Shown here in pieces: positions 39,339-49,631 of a stretch of DNA of 64,000 nt. Origin of the DNA: Minisyncoccota bacterium (GTDB taxonomy: Bacteria > Patescibacteriota > Minisyncoccia > Phycocordibacterales > Phycocordibacteraceae); NCBI GenBank assembly GCA_022841985.1, contig JALHQL010000001.1, positions 5,529-69,528 on the forward strand. The letters run 5' to 3'. The translations under genes were made by a program, and so were the position numbers. The notes below the pieces were generated by a model. That model was not told the origin of the DNA. It worked only from the letters and a program-made list of their open reading frames with translations, and did no database searches. Numbering within the stretch: position 1 is the first letter of the stretch; each line of letters opens with the position of its first letter.

Positions 39339-39367
39339 ACTATAGTGAAAATTATAACCATTGTCAA
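39339..39367 (-). promoter_or_regulatory. Near-consensus sigma70 promoter for ppdK
   Basis: TTGACA-17 bp-TATAGT. Confidence 0.75.
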
Positions 39368-39394
39368 AATATACCCACTTTAAAAACCGCTCTA

Positions 39395-41095
39395 TTAATT
39401 CCCCGCTATTGATGCAGTCGTAGTGGACGTCCCGCCGACATACGGAGAATTTTCTGCATGCAAGGATTTAAAAAGGTCCCGCATCACATTCACCGCCTGT
39501 GACCCAGTACCGGCAGGCCCTCGTTCAAGCACAACTGTAAAAGCATATCTCGGATTTTCATAAGGAAAGAACCCAACTACCCATGAATTATCATACTGAT
39601 TACGCGTACCAGTCTCTGCCGTACCAGTCTTTGCGGCGACCGTGACGTAAGAAAGATTAATTGCCCCTGCAAGCGCGCTTGTCACCGTCTGACGCATACC
39701 TTCTCGGACAACCTGAAGTGAGGAAGCATCCACGGGTACTTCCGTATATTCTGGGGTTTGTCCGGCAAGTAACGTGGGAGTGAACAGCTTTCCGTTGTTT
39801 GCCAATGCTGCAGTCGCCCGCGCCATCTGAATCGGCGTCACCTGCACCGAGTACTGCCCGATCGATGTAAAATACGTGTCCCCAAGATACCAAGGCTCAT
39901 CGAAGGTCGATTTCTTCCATTCGGGAGTCGGAATGAGTCCTCTTGTCTCTTCTGGCACATCAATACCTGTCAAACTCCCAATGCCGAACTGCTGATACCA
40001 ATATGCAAGCCGATCTATACCAAGACCTTTTTGGTTCTTGAATCCGCCACCAACTATGTAGAAAAAAACGTCCGACGACCATGCAATTGCCTTCTTCACA
40101 TCAACAGGACCGAGAGGCTTCCAGCTTCTAAATACATACGACTTCCCGGGACGATACGGGTCAGGGATTGAAATGGAACCAGGGTCGTCAAAAATGGTCT
40201 CTGGCGTAATGATACCGTCAGTGAGTGCTCCTGCGGCAATGAATGGCTTCACGATAGACCCGGGCGCGTAGACGCCTTGCACGGCATGATCAATAAACGG
40301 ATTGCCAGGATCCTTAGAGTAACCGGCGATGATTTCAGAAGGACCTCCATTCGCCATGACATTTGGATCGTAGCTCGGATAGGAGACGATCGCCCGCACC
40401 GCGCCTGTATGCACATCCATAATCACGCCAGCTCCGCTAATGAAGCTTTTATTGCGTGCAACATCCTCAATTGCCTTTCCGAACAGTTTTTGGAGATTCG
40501 CATCAATCGATAGTTGAACGGTTTCCCCTGCTTCCGCAGGCTCCATAGTACCCTCGGAACGGATTCTGCCAAATGCATCCGTCTCAGTGAGCAATCGACC
40601 ATTCTTGCCGGCAAGGCGCGAATCATATTGCGCCTCGAGACCCGCGAGACCCGTCTGTTTCGTATCATAATAAATACCCTTTGCATCCTTCTTCGGATGC
40701 GAGGTATACCCAATGATATGACCAAAAGAAGGTGCTGGATAATTACGTCTTACACTACCATCTTCTTTCTCAATATTTTCGGCGACTACGACTCCAAAAA
40801 TATCAGTGATAACTCCTCTTGGGGCAAAAAGCGTCCTGACTTCGAGAGAATTCTGCGCACTTTCAGCGGCGAAGATGGCCCCATTGGTAATTTGAAGATG
40901 CCAAGTACGAATGATGAGGATAAGCATGAGAAGCAAAAGAGTGACACCGATCGCGAAGAATGTCCTGCGCGAAAGTGGCTTCTCTAGTCTTCCCTCAAAG
41001 CGCGATCGATCGAAACCCGGAGCATTTGAGGCATCGAGAAATATTTCATCGGGAGCAATTTCTGCATTCCATCTTTTTATGCGCCGCCATATCAT
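39395..41095 (-). CDS. mrdA: Penicillin-binding protein 2
   Basis: PGSIVK (SxxK), WSSD (SxD), KTGT; downstream of mreBC. Confidence 0.9.
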   Translation of the reverse strand: MIWRRIKRWNAEIAPDEIFLDASNAPGFDRSRFEGRLEKPLSRRTFFAIGVTLLLLMLILIIRTWHLQITNGAIFAAESAQNSLEVRTLFAPRGVITDIFGVVVAENIEKEDGSVRRNYPAPSFGHIIGYTSHPKKDAKGIYYDTKQTGLAGLEAQYDSRLAGKNGRLLTETDAFGRIRSEGTMEPAEAGETVQLSIDANLQKLFGKAIEDVARNKSFISGAGVIMDVHTGAVRAIVSYPSYDPNVMANGGPSEIIAGYSKDPGNPFIDHAVQGVYAPGSIVKPFIAAGALTDGIITPETIFDDPGSISIPDPYRPGKSYVFRSWKPLGPVDVKKAIAWSSDVFFYIVGGGFKNQKGLGIDRLAYWYQQFGIGSLTGIDVPEETRGLIPTPEWKKSTFDEPWYLGDTYFTSIGQYSVQVTPIQMARATAALANNGKLFTPTLLAGQTPEYTEVPVDASSLQVVREGMRQTVTSALAGAINLSYVTVAAKTGTAETGTRNQYDNSWVVGFFPYENPRYAFTVVLERGPAGTGSQAVNVMRDLFKSLHAENSPYVGGTSTTTASIAGN

Positions 41096-41346
41096 CCCCT
41101 CATAATACTCGCTCTCAGTCGACTGCGCACGATGAATGCAATACCAGTCATAGCGGCCCCGTAGAGCGTAAAGAGCGGTAGTGTGTTCGTGTGCGGAGTG
41201 TAATAGAGAGTATCAGCGAATATACCCACGGCGAGCGGTATAAGCGGTTCCGTAAACGCTAAGACGACAGCGAAAGTGGCAGCAAATGGCCACGGAAAAA
41301 ATATGACTGATGTAAGAGTAAAAAACGTGAGGATTCCTCGCATCAT
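41092..41346 (-). CDS. Small membrane protein in the MreD position
   Basis: 84 aa, hydrophobic, G..AD motif; ATGA-coupled between mreC and mrdA. Confidence 0.6.
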   Translation of the reverse strand: MMRGILTFFTLTSVIFFPWPFAATFAVVLAFTEPLIPLAVGIFADTLYYTPHTNTLPLFTLYGAAMTGIAFIVRSRLRASIMRG

Positions 41347-42182
41347 GGAGTTGAAGTTGCGAACAAAAAAGCGCCGGAATCTCCTATGCCCGTATCACGA
41401 AGTGCGACCCAAGTGATTGAAAAAAGATTCAGCACGGGTGTAATGCGCAGGACAACTCCAGGTGCCGTCGGGTCGTCATCAATACGCGTAACGGTACCAA
41501 TAGGGAGCGCACCAGGACCCGGAGCAAATACTGTATCACCGACCATTACCTTCGCAGAGCGTGCAAGTGATGCGCTCATCGCACCTCCACCGACTCCACG
41601 GATTGTGAGTGGGATATTCTCGCGTCCGACCCAGCCATGCACGACCGTATTGGGCGCGGAGAAAAGAGTTACTCGGGAAAAATCGGCAAGAACTGACGAA
41701 ACCACTCCTATTGGGACGCCGTCTGCGCCAAATGCCTCCTGACCAAGAGTGACGCCTACTTTCGTTCCAGCAGCGAGCACGAGAGTGTCGTACGGACTCT
41801 CGGGTGGGCGGGCGATAACGCCAGCAAGTATTTTTGAAATGCTCTTTCCCTCAACTCCTGAAGAACCTAGAAGTGCTGAAAGCGCCAGTTCTTTTGCGAG
41901 CAATGCTTTATTTTCGTTTGCAAGAGCGGCATTTTCATGCTTCAACTGCTCGTTATGCAGAGCAAGAACGGCCGTATCGCCAAAACTAGAGGTGATGACA
42001 AAAGTTTTTGCGGCGAGTACGTCAGCCGCGCGAAATACGGGTGAGAATATCTGCCAAAAAATATTCGGTGCAAGAAGACGTACGAGGAGCACCAAAATAA
42101 CACCCGAGCAGGCAATACTGCCCCACGAAATATTCGTGGACGATAGGAGCGCGTTACGCTTCGCTAAGAATGTCCTCTTCAT
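41343..42182 (-). CDS. mreC: Rod shape-determining protein MreC
   Basis: TM, coiled coil (ENAALANENKALL), beta-rich C-terminus; follows mreB; start taken at MKRTF. Confidence 0.85.
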   Translation of the reverse strand: MKRTFLAKRNALLSSTNISWGSIACSGVILVLLVRLLAPNIFWQIFSPVFRAADVLAAKTFVITSSFGDTAVLALHNEQLKHENAALANENKALLAKELALSALLGSSGVEGKSISKILAGVIARPPESPYDTLVLAAGTKVGVTLGQEAFGADGVPIGVVSSVLADFSRVTLFSAPNTVVHGWVGRENIPLTIRGVGGGAMSASLARSAKVMVGDTVFAPGPGALPIGTVTRIDDDPTAPGVVLRITPVLNLFSITWVALRDTGIGDSGAFLFATSTP

Positions 42183-43206
42183 TGATAAAAAAATCAACGT
42201 ATGGCTCAGGATCTTCGGTTACAACCCCAGCGCCACGTACGACAGCCGTCAGTGGATCTGCGGTCACTTTGACCGGCACTCCGAGCATTTTCTCAAGGAT
42301 TTGCGGCAGACCTCGCAGGAGCGCTCCTCCGCCGAAGACGGTTACTCCGTGTTGTAAGACATCGGAAAGGAGCTCAGGCGGAGTTGCTTCAATGACTTCC
42401 TTCATGGCTTCCATAAGAGCATCAAGTGAAGGCATGATCGCCTCGCGAACATGACTATCGGTAAGCGTTATTTCGCGTGGGAGTCCTGTCGCAAAATCGC
42501 GGCCACGCACACTCTTCGAGAGAGCTTCCGAGAGCGGAATAACCGTGCCAATCGATAGCTTCACATCCTCGGCAGTACGCTCGCCGATACCGAGTTTGAA
42601 TTCGCTTCGCACGAATTCGATGATGTTGTCGTTGAAACGATCCCCAGCAATATGCGAACTCTTAGACGCAACAACACCCTTGAGCGCAATGACCGCGATA
42701 TCGGTCGTACCGCCACCGATATCAAGGACCATCGTACCGACGGCTTCAGAAACCGGCAGTTTTGCACCAATAGCGCCCGCGACCGGCTCCTCAAGAATGA
42801 TCGCCTCACGGGCACCCGCATTCTTTGCTGCATCGCGCACCGCGCGACTCTGGACGTTTGTCACACCAGTTGGCACGCCTATAACGACACGTGGACCGAA
42901 CAGCCGGGCGCGGCCACTCTGCGCTTTATTAATGAAATAGGTAAGAAGCTCTTCGGTCACTTCAAAATCCGAGATGACTCCGTGAGAAAGCGGACGCACG
43001 ACGCGGATATGTGCGGGAGTCTTCCCGAGCATCATTTTCGCTTCCTTTCCTACTGCGACGACCTGATTCGTCTTGTCATTGACCGCAACGACTGACGGCT
43101 CATTAATGACGACACCGCGACCGCGCACATATACAAGAGTGTTTGCTGTCCCTAAATCAATTGCGATGTCGCTGCTGAACAGTGCGTTTTTTGAAAATTT
43201 CGACAT
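42154..43206 (-). CDS. mreB: Rod shape-determining protein MreB
   Basis: IAIDLGTANT, EPSVVA, DIGGGTT, GGGALL; start taken at MSKFS. Confidence 0.96.
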   Translation of the reverse strand: MSKFSKNALFSSDIAIDLGTANTLVYVRGRGVVINEPSVVAVNDKTNQVVAVGKEAKMMLGKTPAHIRVVRPLSHGVISDFEVTEELLTYFINKAQSGRARLFGPRVVIGVPTGVTNVQSRAVRDAAKNAGAREAIILEEPVAGAIGAKLPVSEAVGTMVLDIGGGTTDIAVIALKGVVASKSSHIAGDRFNDNIIEFVRSEFKLGIGERTAEDVKLSIGTVIPLSEALSKSVRGRDFATGLPREITLTDSHVREAIMPSLDALMEAMKEVIEATPPELLSDVLQHGVTVFGGGALLRGLPQILEKMLGVPVKVTADPLTAVVRGAGVVTEDPEPYVDFFINEEDILSEA

Positions 43207-43210
43207 ACTC

Positions 43211-44455
43211 CTAGGCAAGAAGCTCCGTGCGCAACTTTTTAACAACTTCGCCATTTGCACGTTCACACACTTCGAACGTACCCGTTGCAATTGCGTCACG
43301 ACCGACCACGATACGTTTCGGAATACCAAGCAAATCACTTTCCGTAAACTTCTGTCCAACGGACATGTCGCGATCATCATAGAGGACTTCAACACCCGTT
43401 TTTACAAAATCTTCATAGAGCGCATCGGCTATTTTCGAAATGTCATCTCCTGATTTCCCAAGAGAGACGAGATGTATAGAAAACGGAGCAACACTTTCCG
43501 GCCAGACCAAACCTTTCTCGTCAGACAAGAGTTCCACAATCGTGCCCATGAGACGCGCCGGACCGATACCATAACTACCCATATACACCGAAGTTGCCTT
43601 CCCTTCGGCATTTTTGTAGGACAAACCGAGCGCATCAGAAAATTTCGTACCGAGCGTAAAGATATTCCCGACTTCTATAGCTTTCTCTTCTTTTAGATTT
43701 TCCTTGGTGATACCGCTAGTCGCATACACTTCTGAATCGTCATAGACCTCCTTATTAAGTGCGAGTTTCTTGCTGACATCTATGTATATAGTGTCCTCTC
43801 CTGCATCGCAAACAGTTTGATACTCGTGTGAATACTTACTAAAAGAACCCCCCGAAGCAAAAGTGCGATAGGTTTTATCACCGATGCCGACGCGTTTAAA
43901 AATATTTTCGTACGCGATAGCAACTTTTTCATAATACTCTTTATGACTATCCGCATCCTTTGAAAACGAATACAAATCTTTCATGATGAATTCACGCGTG
44001 CGCATAATACCTGACTTTGCACGAGTCTCATTGCGAAATTTGTTTTGAAATTGATAGATGTACCGTGGTAAATCTTTATACGAAGAGATGTGTTCGGTCA
44101 TGAGAGCCGCTAATGGTTCTTCATGTGTGTTACCAAGACCGAGCTCGCCACCGTTTTTCAAATACGTCTTAAACCAGACATCGACAACAGTATCGTCCCA
44201 ACGCCCGCTCTTTTTCCAAATTTCGGGATTTTGAAGGGTCGTCAATAGTACCTCCTCTCCTCCAATCGCGTTCATCTCTTCGCGAATGATTCCGATAATT
44301 TTATGTAACGTACGAAGACCGAGCGGAAGGAAATCGTATACTCCCGCCATCTCCTTATGGATGTAGCCGGCGCGCACGAGAAGTTGTGCATTCTTCGCCA
44401 CTTCGCCCGTAGGCGCCTCGCGCCGCGCTTTCGTGAAAAGTCTTGATTGTCTCAT
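43211..44455 (-). CDS. proS: Prolyl-tRNA synthetase (short form, no INS editing domain)
   Basis: THEE, QNKFRNETRAKSGIMRTREFIMKDLYSF, IEVGNIF, MGSYGIG; 414 aa. Confidence 0.93.
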   Translation of the reverse strand: MRQSRLFTKARREAPTGEVAKNAQLLVRAGYIHKEMAGVYDFLPLGLRTLHKIIGIIREEMNAIGGEEVLLTTLQNPEIWKKSGRWDDTVVDVWFKTYLKNGGELGLGNTHEEPLAALMTEHISSYKDLPRYIYQFQNKFRNETRAKSGIMRTREFIMKDLYSFSKDADSHKEYYEKVAIAYENIFKRVGIGDKTYRTFASGGSFSKYSHEYQTVCDAGEDTIYIDVSKKLALNKEVYDDSEVYATSGITKENLKEEKAIEVGNIFTLGTKFSDALGLSYKNAEGKATSVYMGSYGIGPARLMGTIVELLSDEKGLVWPESVAPFSIHLVSLGKSGDDISKIADALYEDFVKTGVEVLYDDRDMSVGQKFTESDLLGIPKRIVVGRDAIATGTFEVCERANGEVVKKLRTELLA

Positions 44456-44519
44456 GCGAGCAGTATATGCCCCACACGCATTGAGTGCAAAATGAGGGAA
44501 CCTGCAAATGATTCTTTTG

Positions 44520-44592
44520 AGCCGCCTCTCGGATTTGAACCGAGGACCTTCACTTTACAAAAGTGTTGCTCTACCAACTGAGCTAAGGCGGC
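44520..44592 (-). tRNA. tRNA-Thr(UGU)
   Basis: Acceptor GCCGCCT/AGGCGGC, loop TTTGTAA, CTCGG-TTCAAAT-CCGAG. Confidence 0.93.
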
Positions 44593-44598
44593 ATTCCT

Positions 44599-45006
44599 CT
44601 ACTGTATATCAGGAACTTCGGAAGGTGTCGCCTTGAGGCGACCTTTGAAATCGGACAAAGTCTTCACATACCCTCTTGCATTCTCACGCGGTACCGCATC
44701 GACTGCACGCTGAGTGCGCAGATGTCGAATAGTGCGAGTGAGGAGACGTTCAATCGCGCGCACTACCAAAAGCGAAAGGTGCGCAACATCGTGCCCAAAA
44801 CGCACAGCAAAACGATGTATCTCATCGAGAAAGAACGCGCCGAAGTCGACATGCGCAAAGATAAATGCAAGACGGACGACTTGCTGATCGAGGCGCATGC
44901 GTGCACTAGCAAAAACACGTATGCCACGACGCTCCTCGTATCCAACAAGTACAAAGAAGCCCAGGAGAAGCACGAGCGTCGTGAGAATAAATAAGAGATT
45001 CGCCAT
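44599..45006 (-). CDS. Hypothetical membrane-anchored protein
   Basis: 135 aa ORF filling the gap after tsf; N-terminal TM. Confidence 0.65.
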   Translation of the reverse strand: MANLLFILTTLVLLLGFFVLVGYEERRGIRVFASARMRLDQQVVRLAFIFAHVDFGAFFLDEIHRFAVRFGHDVAHLSLLVVRAIERLLTRTIRHLRTQRAVDAVPRENARGYVKTLSDFKGRLKATPSEVPDIQ

Positions 45007-45011
45007 AGCGA

Positions 45012-45593
45012 CTAGCGAGAGGAGAGACGTGCGAAACGGCTCACTTCGACTCGTTCACCAAATTTTTGCGTCGCCTCATTCAAAAGATCGCGAATAGTCT
45101 TACTCTCGTCTTTGATAAAAGACTGGTCCAAAAAGACTTGGTCACGGAAGTAACTCGCCAGCTTGCCCTCAAGAATCTTTGCCCGCATCTCGGCTGGTTT
45201 GTCAGCGACCTCTTTCTCAAACACGGCGGTTGCGGCCCGCTTCGCTTCTTCCGGAATTTCATCAGACGTCGCAAAGGAAGGATTTGTTGCGGCAACGTGC
45301 ATAGCAAGGTCGCGTGCAAGTACTCCAAACTCCGGATTCTTAGCAACGAAGTCGGTCTCGCAAGACAGAAATACCATTGCACCGATGTTTCCGTCGTGCG
45401 TGTAGCTACCTATGATACCGGCAGCGAGCGAACGATCCGCCTTTTTAAGCGCAGAAGCCGCCGAATGCTTCTTGAGGATGACCGTTGCTTTCGCAATATC
45501 ACCGCCCGCTTCTTCAAGCGCTTTCTTGCACTGCATGACGGACACTCCCGTTGCTTCCCGCAATTCTTTTATGCTGTCAGTGGTAATTTCCAT
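45012..45593 (-). CDS. tsf: Elongation factor Ts (short form)
   Basis: IKELREATGVSVMQCKKAL, CETDFVA; start taken at MEITT. Confidence 0.96.
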   Translation of the reverse strand: MEITTDSIKELREATGVSVMQCKKALEEAGGDIAKATVILKKHSAASALKKADRSLAAGIIGSYTHDGNIGAMVFLSCETDFVAKNPEFGVLARDLAMHVAATNPSFATSDEIPEEAKRAATAVFEKEVADKPAEMRAKILEGKLASYFRDQVFLDQSFIKDESKTIRDLLNEATQKFGERVEVSRFARLSSR

Positions 45594-45695
45594 AGGTATT
45601 AAAAAATAATAACACACCGTAACTTACTACCAAACGAGCGCGCGAAATAATGAGATTATTATTTCATTATTTTGAGCAAGCTTTGTCTGCAAAGC

Positions 45696-46394
45696 TTACG
45701 CCGCCTGCCCCTTCAAGAATGCTTCGGTAAGCTCGGTAAGGATAAGCCGCACCGTCTCGCGCGATGTGTCGTTTGCGACTATTGGATACGCCGCCTCACG
45801 GAGATTGCAGTCCGAACTCATGATGGCAATGATAGGGATACCCGCATCGTTTGCCTCCTTGACCGCATGCTTCTCGTGCTTCGTATCAACAACAAGAAGC
45901 GCATCCGGCCGTTTCGTAAGCGTCGTGATGCCATCGAGACGTTCTTCGAGACGTTTCTTCTCGCGGCCGATGTATACGAGCTCAAGTTTCGTATGCTGCT
46001 TTGCGAGCGTACCTGCAGCACCCTTTTCAGAGAGTTCCGCGAGTCGCTCAATGCGCTTCTTGATTTCATTCCAATTGGAGATGGTGCCTCCAAGCCAGCG
46101 TGCGGCAACGAAAGGTGCAGAAATGTCCTGCGCCGCTTTTTTCACGAACGCGGCAATCTCAACTTTCCCGCCGACAAAAAGAATTGTCTTGCCTTCCTTT
46201 GCAAGGGTCGACATAACGGTCTTGGCCGCTTCGAGCTGTTCGGACGTCTTTACAAGGTCTATGATCTCTTGCCGCCCCTTCATGCCCACTAGAAAAGGCT
46301 TCATCGAGGGGTGCCGGCGACTCTTTACCTGCGCAAAATGCGCCCCCGTGTCAAAGAGGCGTTTAAACTCAGTCGCATCGCTCCCGGTAGTCAT
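45696..46394 (-). CDS. rpsB: 30S ribosomal protein S2
   Basis: GAHF, RWLGGTISN, IVAND; upstream of tsf. Confidence 0.95.
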   Translation of the reverse strand: MTTGSDATEFKRLFDTGAHFAQVKSRRHPSMKPFLVGMKGRQEIIDLVKTSEQLEAAKTVMSTLAKEGKTILFVGGKVEIAAFVKKAAQDISAPFVAARWLGGTISNWNEIKKRIERLAELSEKGAAGTLAKQHTKLELVYIGREKKRLEERLDGITTLTKRPDALLVVDTKHEKHAVKEANDAGIPIIAIMSSDCNLREAAYPIVANDTSRETVRLILTELTEAFLKGQAA

Positions 46395-46443
46395 GTGGGA
46401 CTACAGTACTTTGAAATCAAGCGAAATGCAAGCACCGGAGATA

Positions 46444-47397
46444 TCATTCCCCTTCTACAGCCTCTCCAACACCTCCATGAACCGCGGCACCATGGAGTGC
46501 GCTTACGATGTCGTCAATACCGCCCGCAAGAATCTTCGGTAGATTGTGCCACGACTCCTTCAGTCGATGATCGGTAACCCGGTCTTGCAGGTAATTATAA
46601 GTACGAATCTTCTCGGAGCGGTCTCCGGTACCTATCTGCTCTTTACGCTCAGCCGCATGCTTCTTTGCCTCTTCCTCTTCACGAAGCACGTCAAGTTTCG
46701 CGACAAGAATCTGCATAGCTTTCTCACGGTTCGCAAGCTGACTACGCTCCGAGGAGGAGCGTACGTCGATACCGGTCGGAATATGCACGAGTCGCACCGC
46801 GGACTCAACTTTGTTCACATTCTGTCCACCTGCCCCACCGCTGCGCGAAAACTCCATGCGAATATCCGCCGGGTTGATTTCAATCTTCGACTTATTGCGA
46901 ATCGGTAGCACGGCAATTGAAGCAGTGGAGGTATGTATACGGCCCGACTTCTCAGTAAGCGGAACGCGCTGCACCCGATGCACTCCGGTCTCATAGCGAA
47001 GAGCATCATATGCATCGGCGCCGACAATCTCGAGAGTGAGATCATCGATGGCACGCGTCTTCCATCTGCGATGCTCCGCGTACTTCTGGTACATCTCTTT
47101 CAAATCACGCGCAAAGATAGCCGCCTCGTCGCCCCCCGTACCAGCGCGCAGTTCCATCACGACCGAGATCGGCCGTGCGACTTCTTCTTTCTCCTTCGCG
47201 AGAATTTGCTCGATCTCGGCAAGGATATCCGTCTGGCGAGAACGGATGCGAAAAACCTCTTCATTCGCCATGGCTTTCAGTCCCTCCTCGGCTCCGGCAG
47301 CGCCCATGGTTTCCACCGCCTCATTCTCAAGGCGCTCGTATTCCTCCGCGAGATACGCGGTCGCGAAATTCTTCTTAAATTCAGGCGAATAGTCCAT
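46444..47397 (-). CDS. prfA: Peptide chain release factor 1
   Basis: [18 protein letters not shown] (PxT), [12 protein letters not shown]. Confidence 0.95.
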   Translation of the reverse strand: MDYSPEFKKNFATAYLAEEYERLENEAVETMGAAGAEEGLKAMANEEVFRIRSRQTDILAEIEQILAKEKEEVARPISVVMELRAGTGGDEAAIFARDLKEMYQKYAEHRRWKTRAIDDLTLEIVGADAYDALRYETGVHRVQRVPLTEKSGRIHTSTASIAVLPIRNKSKIEINPADIRMEFSRSGGAGGQNVNKVESAVRLVHIPTGIDVRSSSERSQLANREKAMQILVAKLDVLREEEEAKKHAAERKEQIGTGDRSEKIRTYNYLQDRVTDHRLKESWHNLPKILAGGIDDIVSALHGAAVHGGVGEAVEGE

Positions 47398-47518
47398 ACC
47401 AAACAGTATACGCGAAACGGGATGTTACATTTCAATGCATCCGGAGCACAACGGCGCGAGGCAGAATACATTTCCAGCAGGAAATTATGCGGCCCCGAAA
47501 TGTAATATCCCGTGAGAG

Positions 47519-47770
47519 TTATTTCTTCTTTGCTGCGCGCTGCTTAAATCGCTCCACGCGACCCGCCTTGTCAAGCGTACGGTCTTCACCCGTATAAAAA
47601 GGATGCGACTTTGAGGAAATTTCGACGACAAGCTTCGGGTATTCCTTACCATCTTCCCACTTTGCGGTTTCGGTCGTATGCACGGTGGACCCAATGAGAA
47701 AACGAGCGCCCGAGGCGATATCCTCAAAAATCACCTCGCGGTACGTGTCCGGATGGATATTCTTTTTCAT
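47519..47770 (-). CDS. rpmE2: 50S ribosomal protein L31 type B
   Basis: [19 protein letters not shown]; no Cys. Confidence 0.95.
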   Translation of the reverse strand: MKKNIHPDTYREVIFEDIASGARFLIGSTVHTTETAKWEDGKEYPKLVVEISSKSHPFYTGEDRTLDKAGRVERFKQRAAKKK

Positions 47771-48191
47771 TCCGCAGATGATAGCACAGGCTTAGAATTC
47801 TTGGAAGGAGGAGTCCTGCCCGACGTAAGACGACACTGAAAAAAACCATTCCGATGCGAAACATAGACAAGAGCTTTTCTAGTATCTATGAAGGTTTAAC
47901 CTTCATAGATACTCCTGCGCTATTCGGTGGGTTTTTTATTTTCTGTATATACAGAAACGACCTGATCCTATGGATCAGGTCGTTCGACACCTCTCTCGCA
48001 ATTCCTAAGTATTCTTTCGATATTTCCCGAAAAGCGCCTCGAAAAGCGTTTCGAAAAGCTCGAGAATACATACTGAATTGCGACGGTTACGCCAAGAGCA
48101 TGCGCTATTCATAATCAAAACCTCCCTTCAGAAAAAACGAATCTTATCCAAATTAATGTATAACACAGTTCTTATTTTTAATCAAATTAAT

Positions 48192-49574
48192 TTACCCACC
48201 AAGTTGATCGATCGTCCTCTGGAACGTCGCGGCAAATCCCATAACGCCGTCGCCATAGAAAGCATAGGCTCGATTCTTCGCCCCCACCCACCCAGCGAAA
48301 TAGCGTAACGCCGCAAGTCGTTCAGCTTGAGGAGTTTGTGCGTCTGCGCCATTGTCTGCCATAAGCATGGCGGTCGCCATGATGGCGGTCTGTGCATTCC
48401 ATGGATTACTTGGCGAAGAACTCCCTAGAAGTTTTCGAACGCGATCTTTACTTTCGACATATACCCATGGACCCTGCCAAAAAGGATTCCCGGCACCTGA
48501 TGGCGCACATCCGTTCGTATTCACGTTCACAAATCCTCCGTAACATACCCAGGTCGATGGAATGAACTGTCCTGGCCCCATTGCCCCACCCCACCCATAC
48601 GAAGGTCTCTTTGAGACCGGCATCTTGTCAGGATCGAGGCCGAGCGCCTGTGTGATGTAGACGAATACCGGTTGATCGCGAGTCGGCGACATATCAACTC
48701 GCCATGAGCCGGTGCCGAGATTCTGGCCGAGATTTGTTTCTTGCTTTAAAACACCGAGTGTAACCGCGGCACGAGTGCCTGTCGCCTTCTCAGCCGCCTT
48801 TGCATACGCAAGCGCTGTACCAAACGGTATCGCGGCGCTGTCCCGAAGCGAGAATAGCTCAGCGCGAATCTGAGCAGCTGTCTTCTGATTAGTGGTAATG
48901 AGTTTCTGGAAATTTGCTTCAATGCCTTTAGTCTCTTTGAGTAGTTGCTGCTTCTCTCTTTCTTGTGCTTGAACCTGCTGTCTAGCGAGTTGCGCTATAG
49001 TGCGCAATTGCTCCTGTTCTGCGAGCCGCTCTTGCAATGCTTCCTTCTCAGCTTCGGTTGAGGAACTTGTTTTTTCAATCTGAGTAAACGAATTCGAGAG
49101 TTCTCTTTTTATAGAAGTGAAGGCATCAAGATCGCTAAAGAAGTCAGAGACCGATTGCGAACCGAGCGCGACACTGACGACCGAATAATCGTCAATAATT
49201 TGAGTCTGTCGCAAGATCTGTGCCAGAGACTCTTTCTCCGCAACAAGCCGTGCGGAGAGCTCGGCAAGAGTCTTATTATGTGCTCCGATATTATCGTTTA
49301 ATTTCGTTATAGTGAGATTGATTGCCTGAATTTGGAGTTGAGTTTTCTTTATTTCCGCATTGAAAGCATTTATTTGTGTCTGAAGTGTCTGTCGCTGATT
49401 TTTCGTAGAATCAAGTACTTGCTGCTGTGCAGTAATCTGGTTCTCAAGTGCGTCGAGCTGATTTTGAAGCTCTTGTTGACGGCCCTCTATGCCTGAAGAT
49501 GTGCTCTGGGCAAAGGTAAGCGATGGCGCAAGCATAAGCGCGAATCCGAGGACAAAAGAAAAGACCCGATGCAT
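48192..49574 (-). CDS. Secreted coiled-coil protein with C-terminal lytic transglycosylase (MltB/SLT-like) domain
   Basis: Signal peptide, long CwlO/PcsB-like coiled coil, KQETNLG, GGAMGPGQFIPSTW. Confidence 0.8.
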   Translation of the reverse strand: MHRVFSFVLGFALMLAPSLTFAQSTSSGIEGRQQELQNQLDALENQITAQQQVLDSTKNQRQTLQTQINAFNAEIKKTQLQIQAINLTITKLNDNIGAHNKTLAELSARLVAEKESLAQILRQTQIIDDYSVVSVALGSQSVSDFFSDLDAFTSIKRELSNSFTQIEKTSSSTEAEKEALQERLAEQEQLRTIAQLARQQVQAQEREKQQLLKETKGIEANFQKLITTNQKTAAQIRAELFSLRDSAAIPFGTALAYAKAAEKATGTRAAVTLGVLKQETNLGQNLGTGSWRVDMSPTRDQPVFVYITQALGLDPDKMPVSKRPSYGWGGAMGPGQFIPSTWVCYGGFVNVNTNGCAPSGAGNPFWQGPWVYVESKDRVRKLLGSSSPSNPWNAQTAIMATAMLMADNGADAQTPQAERLAALRYFAGWVGAKNRAYAFYGDGVMGFAATFQRTIDQLGG

Positions 49575-49631
49575 TGTCGGATCATTTTACCATGCCTGCC
49601 GAGCAATGGGAGCGGATCTTGCAAGCAGCGT

